A DNA stretch of 64,000 bases from assembly GCA_003220795.1 (NCBI GenBank), contig QHTK01000058.1, positions 756 to 64,755 on the forward strand, read 5' to 3'. Position numbers and translations under genes: made by a program. Numbering within the stretch: position 1 is the stretch's first letter; each line of letters begins with the position of its first letter. The stretch comes from Gemmatimonadota bacterium. Lineage in GTDB: Bacteria; Gemmatimonadota; Gemmatimonadetes; Gemmatimonadales; GWC2-71-9. The notes beneath the pieces were generated by a model, which made no database searches, was not told the DNA's origin, and saw only the letters and a program-made list of their open reading frames with translations. Positions 43,894 to 56,288 of the stretch are shown in pieces.

Positions 43894-45573
43894 ATGAAAA
43901 CCCGGACCCTCGTGTGCCTGTGTGGCGCGCTCGCCGCGTGGCCCCTGGTGGAGGCGAGCGCGCAGGCGCCGGCCCTCACCCCCCGCGACTCCGCCCTGCA
44001 CGCACTCAACCGCCTCGCCTACGGCCCTCGGCCTGGCGAAGTGGACCGCGTCGCCGCCGATGGGGTGATGCGGTGGGTCGACAGGCAGCTCTCGCCCCGC
44101 AAAATCGACGACGGCCCGCTCGCCGCGCGGGAGCGGCGGTTCAAGATCCTCGACTACGACGCGGGCGAGCTGGCGCGCGTCTACGTCGACGCCCAGCGCG
44201 AGCGGCGCGAGCAGAAGCGCGCGGCGGCGACTGATAGCATGACCGAGAAACCCGAGCAAGCAGGACCGCTCGAGCAACGCGGACGCCGCTTGGGGGCAGA
44301 GTTTCAGGAGCTCGCCGTCATCCGCGCCGTCCTGTCCGAGCGTCAGCTGTACGAAGTGATGGTCGACTTCTGGGCCAATCATTTCAACGTCTTCTTCGCC
44401 AAGGGCGCGGACCGGTTCCTCACCCCGTCCTACATCGAGCAGACGATCCGGCCTCGCGCCCTGGGGAAGTTCGCGGACCTCCTGATCGCCACAGCCGAGA
44501 GCCCCGCCATGCTGTTCTACCTCGACAATTGGGAGAGCGTGGCGCCCGGTGCCACGCCGCCGCAGGCGATGCGGCTGCGCGCCCGACCACTGTTCGGCCC
44601 ACGCCCGATGTTCGGTCGCCCGCCACTGTTCGATCCGGGACACGATCCGATGCGCGCGGACTCGCTGCGCCGCCAGGCGCTCGCGCGCGTGCCCAAGGGC
44701 ATCAACGAGAATTACGCCCGCGAGCTGCTCGAGCTGCACACGCTGGGCGTGGATGGCGGCTACACCCAGCAGGACGTGATCAACGTCGCGCGGATATTCA
44801 CGGGCTGGAGCGTGCGGCGACCGCAGCAGGGCGGGGACTTTGAATTCCATGACTGGGCACACGACTACGGCGAGAAGGTGGTGATGGGCGTGATGTTCCC
44901 CGCCGGCCGCGGCAGGGACGAAGGAGTGCGCCTGCTCAAGCTGCTCGCCAACTATCCGGCGACGATGCATCACGTGAGCCGCCGGTTGTGCCAGCGATTC
45001 GTGAACGACGACCCGCCCGACGGCTGCGTGGACGATGCGGTGACCGCCTGGAAACGCAGCGACGGCGACATCCGCGAAGTGCTGCGCGCCATCTTCCGGT
45101 CGCCCGACTTCTGGGCGCCGGAAAACGTGCGCGCCAAGATCAAGACGCCGCTCGAGTTCGTTGTGAGCGCCGCGCGCGCCGTGGGCGGTGACCCCGACAC
45201 GACGCCGCGGTTGGCCCAGGTGGTCGCTCGCCTCGGCGAGCCGCTCTTTCTCCACGTGGCGCCGGACGGCTACCCCGAACGGGAAGACGCGTGGGTGAAC
45301 AGCGGCGCGCTGCTCGACCGGATGAACGCCGCGGTCGCGCTCGCGGCGGGGAGACTGCCCGGCGTGGCCGTGAGCCTCGATTCGATCGTGCCGGCGACGC
45401 CGGACGCGGAGCGGCTGATCGCGCAGGCGAACGCCGCGGTGTTGAGCGGCACGATGTCGGAGAACACCAAGCAGGTCATCAGACGTCAGATATCAGACAT
45501 CAGCGATCCGCTTCAGGCTCGTGCACTGGCAATCGGCCTGGCGATCGGCGGACCGGAGTTTCAGAGACAATGA
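43894..45573 (+). CDS. DUF1800-family secreted protein
   Basis: It has a signal peptide (MKTRTLVCLCGALAAWPLVEASAQ). The motifs FWANHFNVF and ELLELHTLGVDGGYTQQDV are characteristic of DUF1800. Confidence 0.8.
   Translation: MKTRTLVCLCGALAAWPLVEASAQAPALTPRDSALHALNRLAYGPRPGEVDRVAADGVMRWVDRQLSPRKIDDGPLAARERRFKILDYDAGELARVYVDAQRERREQKRAAATDSMTEKPEQAGPLEQRGRRLGAEFQELAVIRAVLSERQLYEVMVDFWANHFNVFFAKGADRFLTPSYIEQTIRPRALGKFADLLIATAESPAMLFYLDNWESVAPGATPPQAMRLRARPLFGPRPMFGRPPLFDPGHDPMRADSLRRQALARVPKGINENYARELLELHTLGVDGGYTQQDVINVARIFTGWSVRRPQQGGDFEFHDWAHDYGEKVVMGVMFPAGRGRDEGVRLLKLLANYPATMHHVSRRLCQRFVNDDPPDGCVDDAVTAWKRSDGDIREVLRAIFRSPDFWAPENVRAKIKTPLEFVVSAARAVGGDPDTTPRLAQVVARLGEPLFLHVAPDGYPEREDAWVNSGALLDRMNAAVALAAGRLPGVAVSLDSIVPATPDAERLIAQANAAVLSGTMSENTKQVIRRQISDISDPLQARALAIGLAIGGPEFQRQ
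45480..45507 (+). repeat. tandem heptamer array inside a coding 3' end (CAGAYRT type, 4 units)
   Basis: The units are CAGACGT CAGATAT CAGACAT CAGCGAT. The array is unusually AT-rich for this window and is translated as RRQISDISD in the DUF1800 protein. Confidence 0.8.
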
Positions 45574-46823
45574 CGATCTCGCGACGCGTCTTCGTGAAAT
45601 CAGGCGGCCTAGCGCTGTTCAGTCTGGGCTTGGATCCGTTGTTCCTCGCGCGAGCGGCCTTTGCCGTCCGCCCGTCCGCCGGTCCCCCTGACCGCCGCAT
45701 GTTGGTGTGTCTGTTTCAACGCGGCGCCGTGGACGGGCTCAACATGGTTGTGCCGCACGGGGACCCACTGTACTATCGCGAGCGCCCGCGCATCGCCGTG
45801 CCGGAGCCCGACGTCGTCGACCTGGACGGGCATTTCGGGCTGCATCCGCGCCTCGCAGCCTTGAAGCCGCTGTGGGAGAACAAGAGTCTCGCCGCCATCC
45901 ACGCCATCGGGTCCCCCGACTCGACCCGCAGTCACTTCGACGCCCAGGACTACATGGAGTCGGGCACGCCCGGTGCCAAGGCGACCCCGGACGGCTGGCT
46001 CAACCGCTACTGCCAGCACGACCGCGAGCACCAGGACACCCCGTTTCGCGCGGTGGCATTCGGTCCGCAGCTGCCGCGCATCCTCGCCGGCTCGGCGCCG
46101 TCGCTTGCGATCGACGACCTGCAGGCGTTTGGCCTCAGGGCGCCGCAGCCGGCGGCCCGCGACCGGCTCACCCGGGCATTCGAAGAGCTGTACGCCGGGT
46201 CGGCGACCGGGCTGCTCTCGACGTCCTCCCAGGAGGCATTCGAGGCCGTCCAGATGCTGAAACAGGTGAGCCCGAGTCAGTACCAGCCCGCGCACGGCGC
46301 GGACTACCCGCGCGGCCGGTTCGGCAAGGCGATGATGCAGATCGCCCAACTCATCAAGGCCGATGTGGGGCTGCAGCTGGCGTTCGCCGACGTCACCGGC
46401 TGGGACACCCACGTGAATCAGGGATCGAGCGACGGGCAGCTCGCCGCGCGACTCGCCGACTTTGGGCAGGCGCTCGCCGCGTTCGCCCAGGACCTGGGTG
46501 AGAAGCTGCGGGACGTGGTCGTGCTCACGATGTCGGAGTTCGGCCGCACGGTGCGCGAGAACGGCAACAGCGGGACCGACCACGGGCACGCCACCGCGAT
46601 GCTGGTCATGGGCGGCCCCGTGAACGGGGGCAGGATGCTCGGGCGCTGGCCCGGACTCGACCCGGCCGATCGGTTCGAGGGCCGCGACGTCGCCGTCACC
46701 ACGGATTTCCGCGACCTGTTCGCCGAGGTCCTCGCGCGTCACCTCGGTGCGAAGGACCTCGCGGCGATTTTCCCGGGTTTTTCCCCGGATGCCGCTCGGT
46801 TCCCCGGCGCGATCAAAGTCTAG
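45570..46823 (+). CDS. DUF1501-family (sulfatase-like fold) protein with a Tat signal
   Basis: It overlaps the DUF1800 gene by ATGA. The twin-arginine signal is SRRVFVKSGGLALF. The motifs TGWDTH and GTDHGH are typical of DUF1501. Confidence 0.85.
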   Translation: MTISRRVFVKSGGLALFSLGLDPLFLARAAFAVRPSAGPPDRRMLVCLFQRGAVDGLNMVVPHGDPLYYRERPRIAVPEPDVVDLDGHFGLHPRLAALKPLWENKSLAAIHAIGSPDSTRSHFDAQDYMESGTPGAKATPDGWLNRYCQHDREHQDTPFRAVAFGPQLPRILAGSAPSLAIDDLQAFGLRAPQPAARDRLTRAFEELYAGSATGLLSTSSQEAFEAVQMLKQVSPSQYQPAHGADYPRGRFGKAMMQIAQLIKADVGLQLAFADVTGWDTHVNQGSSDGQLAARLADFGQALAAFAQDLGEKLRDVVVLTMSEFGRTVRENGNSGTDHGHATAMLVMGGPVNGGRMLGRWPGLDPADRFEGRDVAVTTDFRDLFAEVLARHLGAKDLAAIFPGFSPDAARFPGAIKV

Positions 46824-47863
46824 AGGGCGTCCGGCGTAATCGGCAGCTCGAGCTTCTCCGCTTTCCGTAACACCACGATCGTGGTCTCTGCGCCGATCCG
46901 GTCCGAGGCGAGCAGCCGGTGCAGGTCGTCGATCCCCGTCACGGGCTTGCCGTCGAGTCCCACAATGATGTCCTCCGGCCGCACCCCGGTGCGCGCGGCC
47001 GGACTGTTTCCGTCCACGCCGGTCACGAGCACGCCGCTCTTCGCCTCCAGGCCGTGCGCCCGCACGACGAGCCGCGCGAGCGACACGTTCTGCCCTGCCA
47101 CGCCGATCTTGCCGCGCCGGATCTTGCCGTGCCGGATGAGCTGGCCGGTCACGAACTTGGCGGTGTTGATCCCCACGGCGAAGCAGATGCCCTGCGCCGG
47201 GAGGATCACCGCGGTGTTGACGCCGACCACGCGGCCCGCGGAATCCACCAGCGGCCCGCCCGAGTTCCCGGGGTTGAGCGCGGCGTCGGTCTGGATCACG
47301 TCGTCGATCAGTCGCCCCGTCACGGAGCGGAACGAGCGCCCCAGCGCGCTCACCACGCCGGCCGTGACGGTGCTCTGAAAGCCGAGTGGGTTGCCGATGG
47401 CGATGACGAGCTGCCCCACGCGCAGCGCGCTCGAGTCGCCGAATTCCGCGACGGCGAGTGAAACCGGGTTCACACGGATCACCGCGAGATCGGAGTCAGG
47501 GTCGTCCCCGACGAGCTCCGCCCGCAGGCGCCGTCCGGTGGCAAACGTCGCGTCGATGCGCGTGGCGCCGTGCACCACGTGGCTGTTCGTGAGGACGAAG
47601 CCGTCCGGCGTGAACACGAATCCCGAGCCGTGGCCCGGCAGCTCACGCGCGGGGCGGCCCCGCCGCTCGACGCGCTGTCGCACCTCCACGCTCACGACGG
47701 CGGGTCCGACCCGCTCGGCCGCGCTGACCACGGCGCGAGAATAGGCGTCGAGCAGGTCGGCGTCGGCCGCGGGGGGGATGTGGGAACCGTTGGTGCCGGG
47801 TGAACTGCTGCTATCGAGATCGCCGACTCGAGGGTCGGCAAGCAGATCGAGCGTAGCCTCCAT
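46820..47863 (-). CDS. HtrA/DegP-family serine protease with one PDZ domain
   Basis: The catalytic motifs are TNSHVV, D..DLAVIRV and GNSGGPLVD. A C-terminal PDZ domain follows (GVLVTGVDGNSPAARTGVRPEDIIVGLDG). Confidence 0.9.
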   Translation of the reverse strand: MEATLDLLADPRVGDLDSSSSPGTNGSHIPPAADADLLDAYSRAVVSAAERVGPAVVSVEVRQRVERRGRPARELPGHGSGFVFTPDGFVLTNSHVVHGATRIDATFATGRRLRAELVGDDPDSDLAVIRVNPVSLAVAEFGDSSALRVGQLVIAIGNPLGFQSTVTAGVVSALGRSFRSVTGRLIDDVIQTDAALNPGNSGGPLVDSAGRVVGVNTAVILPAQGICFAVGINTAKFVTGQLIRHGKIRRGKIGVAGQNVSLARLVVRAHGLEAKSGVLVTGVDGNSPAARTGVRPEDIIVGLDGKPVTGIDDLHRLLASDRIGAETTIVVLRKAEKLELPITPDAL

Positions 47864-47979
47864 ATCCCGAAAACGCCCGCGGGTTCCCGACTCTATACAC
47901 CGTCACGAGGGGACGTCACGAAGCGGCGTCACGTCGCGACGTATTCCCGCGACGTTGTCTCGTGACGTAGTTTGTAAGC

Positions 47980-49911
47980 GTGCTAGATCCCATTCGGCGA
48001 TTGCTAACCGAAGCCGGAAACGCCAAGCAAACCCGGGCCTTCTGGCAGGCGGCGACCGGCGTCCTGAGCGACTGGGCCGGCGGCGCCCATGTGCAGCTCG
48101 ACTACCAGGGACTGAACGAGTCCGGGACCGTCCAGGCCGGTGCGCCCGGTACGCGCGGCGAGCCGTTCATCATCGACTATCATGACGCCGAGGGGCGGCA
48201 CGTGCGGGCCACGTTCCGCGGCATTCCCGACGGCTTCCCGGCCGACGTGTTGCGCTCGGCGCTGGAGATCGCGACCCACCTCGCGGTCATGGTGGCCCGC
48301 CGGGTGGGGCTCGAGCGGGAGCGGCGGCTCGGGACCTTTCTGGTCGAGCTGTCGCGTTGGCTGCTGGCGGCGCCGGAGCGCGATCTGCTGCTCAAGTACA
48401 CGTTGCAGAGCGTGGTGAGCCTGGTCGAGGCGCAAGGCGCGTTCGTCGCATTGCGGCAGCGGGACGGCGATACGCTGCGGATCGCGGCGACCGTTGGTGA
48501 GTGCGCGGAGATGCAGGGATTCGAGATCGGGCTGACCACGAGCACGACCGGCAGGGTGGTGCGCACCGGCGAGCCGCTCCTCACCGACAACATTCTCGCC
48601 GAGCCCGATACCCAGCCCGGGCTCAATCCCGCCGCCACGGCGCGCGGGGCGATGATCGCCCCGCTCAAGACGTCGAGCGGAGTCGCGGGGGCCGTTGGGG
48701 TGGTCCGGTACGAGCAGCCCGGCACGGAGAGCGTGACGCCACCCTCGTTCGGTCTCGTCGACCTGCAATACCTGGCCGCGGTGGCGGCGTACATCGCCGG
48801 CGGCCTCGAGCTCTCCGAGGCGGTGACGGGCGCTCGCGCGGCCGCGGAGCGGGCGCACGCGATGGTGGACTCGAGCCCGCTCCCGCTCGCCCTGGTCGAC
48901 CGCCAGGGCCGAGTCCAGCAGGTCAACCAGGCGGGGTGCCGGCTGTTCGGGATCGCGAACGAGTCGCAGGCGCTCGGCCTGCATCTGGAGGCCCTGGGAT
49001 TGTCGCCCAGCGAGATCTCGCTCCACCTGGTGCTCGCCCGGCCGCAGACGGGCGCGCCCTGGCACGGACGCGTGCTCGTCACCCAGCCGACCGGGGACCG
49101 GCGCATCTGCGATTGTACCATCACCGGGCTGTCGGGGGTGGGGCGCGACAACCTGCTCGTGGCCCTGTACGACCGGACCGACGAGCTGCGTGCCCAGCGC
49201 GAGCTGATCGCGCGCGAGAAGCTCGCCACCGTGGGCGAGATCGCGAGCGGCGTGGCGCACGAGGTCAACAACCCCCTCGCCGCGATCCGCATGGAAGCGG
49301 AGCTGCTCGGCCGCTCGAGCAAGGACCCCGACACCAACACCACGGCGATGACCATCACCCGCGAGGTGGACCGCGCCGCGCGCATCGTGCGCAGCCTGCT
49401 CCGGCTGGCGCGTCGGGCCGACACCACCCCCACGCGTGTCCAGATCAACGATCTGGTCCACGACGTCGCCGAGATCCGGCAACGCGTGCTGCGCGCGGAC
49501 AACGTGGAGTTCCGCACCCGACTCGATCAGTCCGCGCCCGCGGTCCTCGGCCTGGGGCAGGAGCTGCAGCAGGTGGTCATCAACCTCGTCACCAACGCGG
49601 AGCACGTGGTCAAGGGACGCGAGCCCGCGGTCATTCAGCTCACGACGCAGGCGCGGGAGGGGTGGGTGCGGCTGGTGGTGGAGGACTCAGGGCCCGGCGT
49701 CCCGCCCGAGATCCGCGGCCGGATCTTCGACCCGTTCTTCACGACCAAAGGACCGGATGAGGGCACGGGGCTCGGCCTGGCCATCTGTCAGCGGGTCGTG
49801 ACCGAGGTCGGCGGCAAGCTCTGGCTCGAGGATTCCGAGCTCGGTGGAGCGCGGTTCGTGGTGGAGCTGCCGGCGGCCCCGGAGCAGGTGGCGACCGCGA
49901 CGATCGGCTGA
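47980..49911 (+). CDS. cytoplasmic sensor histidine kinase (GAF-GAF/PAS-HisKA-HATPase)
   Basis: The H-box is [12 protein letters not shown], the N-box is LVTNAEHV, and the G-boxes are DSGPGV and GTGLGLAI. I see no TM segments. Confidence 0.9.
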   Translation: MLDPIRRLLTEAGNAKQTRAFWQAATGVLSDWAGGAHVQLDYQGLNESGTVQAGAPGTRGEPFIIDYHDAEGRHVRATFRGIPDGFPADVLRSALEIATHLAVMVARRVGLERERRLGTFLVELSRWLLAAPERDLLLKYTLQSVVSLVEAQGAFVALRQRDGDTLRIAATVGECAEMQGFEIGLTTSTTGRVVRTGEPLLTDNILAEPDTQPGLNPAATARGAMIAPLKTSSGVAGAVGVVRYEQPGTESVTPPSFGLVDLQYLAAVAAYIAGGLELSEAVTGARAAAERAHAMVDSSPLPLALVDRQGRVQQVNQAGCRLFGIANESQALGLHLEALGLSPSEISLHLVLARPQTGAPWHGRVLVTQPTGDRRICDCTITGLSGVGRDNLLVALYDRTDELRAQRELIAREKLATVGEIASGVAHEVNNPLAAIRMEAELLGRSSKDPDTNTTAMTITREVDRAARIVRSLLRLARRADTTPTRVQINDLVHDVAEIRQRVLRADNVEFRTRLDQSAPAVLGLGQELQQVVINLVTNAEHVVKGREPAVIQLTTQAREGWVRLVVEDSGPGVPPEIRGRIFDPFFTTKGPDEGTGLGLAICQRVVTEVGGKLWLEDSELGGARFVVELPAAPEQVATATIG

Positions 49912-49920
49912 GTCGAGCCG

Positions 49921-50286
49921 TCAGTGCTCGAGGATGCGGTTGCGGTAGATCGCGAGGGTCACCAACCCGTACGCGCCCAACCCCACGAGCAGGGCGGTGA
50001 GTCGCCAATCGAAGGCGAAGCGTGCTGCCCCGGCGAGCGCCGCGACGAGCCACGCGGCGCTCGCGAGGAAGCCCAGCATGACGACTTCCTTCCGTGCCAT
50101 CAGGATGCCGAACACGTACCCCCAGCTGAACCCGCACACCAGGAGGAACATGATGCCGTGCGGGATCTTGCCCGGGTCGATCAGATTCAATGCGCCCGCG
50201 AAGAAGCAGAACAACCCGAGCACGGTGTAGCTCGCCAAGTGCAGGGCCAGCGGCAAGGGAACGGTGCCCATACGGTTGAATGTCAT
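49921..50286 (-). CDS. small integral membrane protein (4 TM), unknown function
   Basis: The 121-aa product consists almost entirely of four hydrophobic helices. I recognise no family. Confidence 0.55.
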   Translation of the reverse strand: MTFNRMGTVPLPLALHLASYTVLGLFCFFAGALNLIDPGKIPHGIMFLLVCGFSWGYVFGILMARKEVVMLGFLASAAWLVAALAGAARFAFDWRLTALLVGLGAYGLVTLAIYRNRILEH

Positions 50287-50298
50287 TCCAAAAAATAC

Positions 50299-50363
50299 GG
50301 TGTCCGGGGTCCGGTGTCAGGGGTCCGGTGGCCACACCTGCCGGACTCCGGACATCGGACCCC
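50299..50363. repeat. inverted heptamer arrays (GGKGTCC type; 5 units versus 3 units) forming a hairpin in a divergent intergenic region
   Basis: The left arm is GGTGTCC GGGGTCC GGTGTCA GGGGTCC GGTGGCC (50299-50333). The right arm is GGACTCC GGACATC GGACCCC (50343-50363). The arms pair with 3 mismatches over three units. Confidence 0.9.
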
Positions 50364-50378
50364 GCTTAGATTCCGCAC

Positions 50379-50882
50379 GTGCTCGCCACACGCACCTATC
50401 TCGAGCTGACCACGCCCGGACAGTTCCAGGCCGCGTTTGGGCAGTTTCCCGACGTCGTGCTCGAGCGCGTCGCCCAGCCCACCCCCGAGCTGTACCGTCA
50501 CTGCTACCGCACGGTGGGCGAGGCCTACCACTGGCGTGACCGCTGGGACTGGACCGATGCAGAGATCCGGGCGCACCTGGCCAAGCCCGAGATCACCTTG
50601 TACGTGGCGCGCCGGCGCGGCACGCTGGCAGGGTGGTACGAGCTGCGGCGCGTCCCGGAGGACGACTCGGTGGAGATCGCGTACTTCGGACTCTCCCCCG
50701 ACGCCATCGGCCGGGGCCTCGGCAGGCACCTGCTGTCGTGCGCCGTGCGCGACGCCTGGGCGCTCGAGCCCGCGCGCGTGTGGCTCCACACGTGCACGCT
50801 GGACCATCCCCATGCGTTGCCGAACTACCGAAACCGGGGGTTCGTGCCGTACAAGACGGAGCAATACGAGGCAGATTACTGA
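50379..50882 (+). CDS. GNAT-family N-acetyltransferase
   Basis: Motif A reads GLSPDAIGRGLGRHLL, followed by NYRNRGF. Confidence 0.75.
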   Translation: MLATRTYLELTTPGQFQAAFGQFPDVVLERVAQPTPELYRHCYRTVGEAYHWRDRWDWTDAEIRAHLAKPEITLYVARRRGTLAGWYELRRVPEDDSVEIAYFGLSPDAIGRGLGRHLLSCAVRDAWALEPARVWLHTCTLDHPHALPNYRNRGFVPYKTEQYEADY

Positions 50883-51286
50883 GTGGGACTGTTTCCGGGT
50901 AGATTCCCCGGCGTGAACTTTACGTTGACGCGCAAGACCAAGCTCATCATCGCGGCGGTCCTGCTCGTGCCGATCGTGGTGTTCGTGCTGTACACGTGGA
51001 GCGCCCTGACGTGGAGCTACTCGAAGGGGGAGCGCGCGGGATACGTCCAGAAATTCTCCAAGAAGGGCTGGATCTGTAAGACGTGGGAAGGGGAGTTGGC
51101 CATCGTTTCGATCCCGGGGACCATGTCGGAGAAGTTCTACTTCACCGTGCGGGACGATTCGGTCGCCGCACGGATCAACCAGTCGATGGGAAAACGGGTC
51201 GCGCTCACGTACCAACAGCACATGGGCATCCCGACGAGCTGCTTCGGAGAAACCCAGTACTTCGTCGTGGACGTGAAGGCGGTGGA

Positions 51287-51290
<4 letters not shown>
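50883..51290 (+). CDS. hypothetical membrane-anchored protein
   Basis: It starts directly after the GNAT stop and has one TM segment ([17 protein letters not shown]). It overlaps acnA by ATGA. I recognise no family. Confidence 0.5.
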
Positions 51291-54082
<2,792 letters not shown>

Positions 54083-54090
54083 ACGGACGC

Positions 54091-54543
54091 TTATGGTGCG
54101 GATTCAGCCCTTTGAGCCCCACTCACGCGCGGCTCGGCGCGCGCCCCCGTTTCGGTCGTGGCGGCACGCGTGAAGACGTCCTCGACGTGATGCCACAGCA
54201 TCTCCAGTGCAATGGGCTTCAGCACGAAGCGCTCGGTTTCGAGGAACAACGCCAAGCTGCGTGGCTCCGGTAGAGGCTCGGATGCGACGAGTACAAACCG
54301 GCCGCGCAGTTCGGGTCGCACTACGAGCGCTTGCCGCCACAGCCACAGGCCCCCGCGATCCGGCATGTTGAGGTCGGTGATGATCACGTCGAACGATTGC
54401 TTCCGGAGAATCTCCAAGGCTTCGACACCGTTGGTCGCGGTGGTGACTCTGCATCCGCGCCGTGCCAACGAGCGCGCAATGGCTTCGCGAATGGCCGTGG
54501 TGTCGTCGACCATCAAGACGGAGAAGTTGGTGGGCTGCAACAT
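54091..54543 (-). CDS. single-domain CheY-like response regulator
   Basis: The receiver motifs are LMVDDTTAIRE and FDVIITDLNMP, followed by KP. There is no output domain. Confidence 0.85.
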   Translation of the reverse strand: MLQPTNFSVLMVDDTTAIREAIARSLARRGCRVTTATNGVEALEILRKQSFDVIITDLNMPDRGGLWLWRQALVVRPELRGRFVLVASEPLPEPRSLALFLETERFVLKPIALEMLWHHVEDVFTRAATTETGARAEPRVSGAQRAESAP

Positions 54544-54646
54544 GCCGGGCTGACCCCGTTGTGTCGCTCAAATTAACTGTCGCCCGAGCGTCATCTCTTT
54601 TCAACTGTTGCAGCGTCGCAGCATTTTTTTCGCAAGAATTCGCGGC

Positions 54647-55123
54647 CTAGCTTCCAGCGTTACCGATCGCCCGCACCCGGGATTCGAGCGCGAGCTGCTC
54701 GAGCTTCTCGAGCGGCAGCGCCAGGAGCAGATCGATCCGCCGGCTCAGCAACACGAACGCGTCCCGGAAGGCCGCCCGCTTAGTGACTCCATCGCCGTCG
54801 ACCTCCGCGGGGTCCGGCATGCCCCAGTGCGCCAGGATCGGCTGGCCCGGGAAGATCGGGCACGCTTCCTTGGCGCGATCGCACACCGTCACCACGAAGT
54901 CCCAATGCTCGCGCTCCAGGCCGTCCACGCCGCGCGGCGCATGGCCGGCCCAGGGGATGCCGTGCTCGCGCAGCGTAGCGATGGCCAAGGGGTTCACTTG
55001 CGCCGCGGGCCGGGACCCGGCGCTGTACGCCTCGAACCGATCCTTCCCCTTCCAGTTGAGGAGCGCTTCCGCCATCTGGCTGCGGGCGGAGTTGCCGGTG
55101 CACAGGAACAGGACGCGAAACAT
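54647..55123 (-). CDS. arsC: arsenate reductase, LMW-PTP/thioredoxin-coupled type
   Basis: The P-loop is LCTGNSARS (CX5R). The downstream Cys pair lies in VTVCDRAKEACP. Confidence 0.9.
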   Translation of the reverse strand: MFRVLFLCTGNSARSQMAEALLNWKGKDRFEAYSAGSRPAAQVNPLAIATLREHGIPWAGHAPRGVDGLEREHWDFVVTVCDRAKEACPIFPGQPILAHWGMPDPAEVDGDGVTKRAAFRDAFVLLSRRIDLLLALPLEKLEQLALESRVRAIGNAGS

Positions 55124-55126
55124 CCG

Positions 55127-55885
55127 CTATCCGAGCGGTTTGTGCGCCCACACGAATGCACTGAACAGCTCACCCCCGACGGCGCGCGCGTCGTCGAACT
55201 CGTGGATCCGGGTCGGCTCGATGCCGATCGCCTCGAACCCGACCTCCGCCAGCAGGCGCCGATATTCGACCTCCTCCAAGGCGCCGGCCACGCACCCCAC
55301 CCACAGCTCCACGTCGCGTCGCACCGCCGCGGGAAGCGCTCCGCGCACCACCACGTCCGACACGGCGAACCGGCCCCCCGGCTTGAGCACGCGGAATGCT
55401 TCGGCGAGCACCCGGCGCTTGTCGGCCGAAAGGTTGATCACGCAGTTCGAGATGACTACGTCCACCGACGCGTCCGGCAACGGAATGCGCTCGATCTCCC
55501 CTTTCAGGAACTCCACGTTCGCGACACCGGCCTTGCGCTGATTCTCGCGCGCCAGGTCGAGCATTTCATCGGTCATGTCGAGGCCGTAGGCCTTCCCGGT
55601 CGGTCCAACGCGCCGGGCGGACAAAAGGACGTCGATCCCGCCGCCGGAGCCCAGGTCGAGAACCACCTCGCCCGCGTGTAGCTCGGCCAGCGCGGTCGGG
55701 TTGCCGCAGCCGAGCGACGCGCGCACCGCCCCTTCCGGGAGCGCGGCGGTCTCGGCCACATCATACAGGTTCGAACTGACGGGATCGCAGGCACAGCCGC
55801 AGTCGCCGCGCTCGCCGCCCAGCACGCGCTGCGCCACGTGCCCGTATTTCTGTTTCACCGTCTCCTTGATCTGGTCGCTGTTCAT
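55127..55885 (-). CDS. arsM: arsenite S-adenosylmethionine methyltransferase
   Basis: The SAM motif is [11 protein letters not shown]. The conserved cysteines lie in CGCACD, LGCGNP, SNCVINL and VGCVAG. The start is placed at ATG 55885. Confidence 0.88.
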   Translation of the reverse strand: MNSDQIKETVKQKYGHVAQRVLGGERGDCGCACDPVSSNLYDVAETAALPEGAVRASLGCGNPTALAELHAGEVVLDLGSGGGIDVLLSARRVGPTGKAYGLDMTDEMLDLARENQRKAGVANVEFLKGEIERIPLPDASVDVVISNCVINLSADKRRVLAEAFRVLKPGGRFAVSDVVVRGALPAAVRRDVELWVGCVAGALEEVEYRRLLAEVGFEAIGIEPTRIHEFDDARAVGGELFSAFVWAHKPLG

Positions 55886-55925
55886 GTGATGCCGTCTCCT
55901 TGTCGACAAATTCCCGAGAGACACG

Positions 55926-56252
55926 TTAGCCGCAGCACGCTCGGGCACAGCTTCCGGCATGCTTGCCCGGCTTCACGTCGGACGCGAACTCCGCGATTTC
56001 GTCGAGCGCCTCACGATTCAACGCGTAGTAGACCCAGCGCCCGTCCCGACGATCGCTCACGAGCCCCGCATCCTTGAGCGTTTTCAAATGGAAGGACAGA
56101 CGCGATTGCGCGCAGTCGAGCACGTCCTGCAGCTCGCACACGCAGCGCTCGCCGTGCGAGAGCAGCCGCACGATCTCGAGCCGGGTCTCGTCCGAGAGCG
56201 CGTGGAACCACCGGGCGGCCCGGCCGATGTTGGGGAGCGTGGTCGAGGACAT
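55926..56252 (-). CDS. arsR: ArsR/SmtB-family metalloregulator
   Basis: The motifs are ALSDETRLEIVRLL, the As(III)-site CVCEL and the wHTH segment SRLSFHLKTLKDAGLV. The start is placed at ATG 56252, downstream of the operator palindrome. Confidence 0.88.
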   Translation of the reverse strand: MSSTTLPNIGRAARWFHALSDETRLEIVRLLSHGERCVCELQDVLDCAQSRLSFHLKTLKDAGLVSDRRDGRWVYYALNREALDEIAEFASDVKPGKHAGSCARACCG

Positions 56253-56260
56253 GATCGGGG

Positions 56261-56288
56261 AATATATCAAATTATCTTGATATATCAA
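56261..56288 (-). promoter_or_regulatory. ars promoter with an operator palindrome
   Basis: This is an AT-rich island. The inverted repeat ATATATCAA (56262-70) / TTGATATAT (56277-85) has a 6-bp spacer. The minus strand reads TTGATA-N16-TATATT, ending 8 nt before the arsR ATG. Confidence 0.55.

Noticed and set aside
48004-49605. Minus-strand ORFs of 533 and 445 aa (48004..49605 and 48180..49517), plus the alternative plus-frame ORF 48501..49760.
   Set aside because: They overlap the histidine kinase gene, which has complete H, N and G boxes. The alternatives show no motifs.
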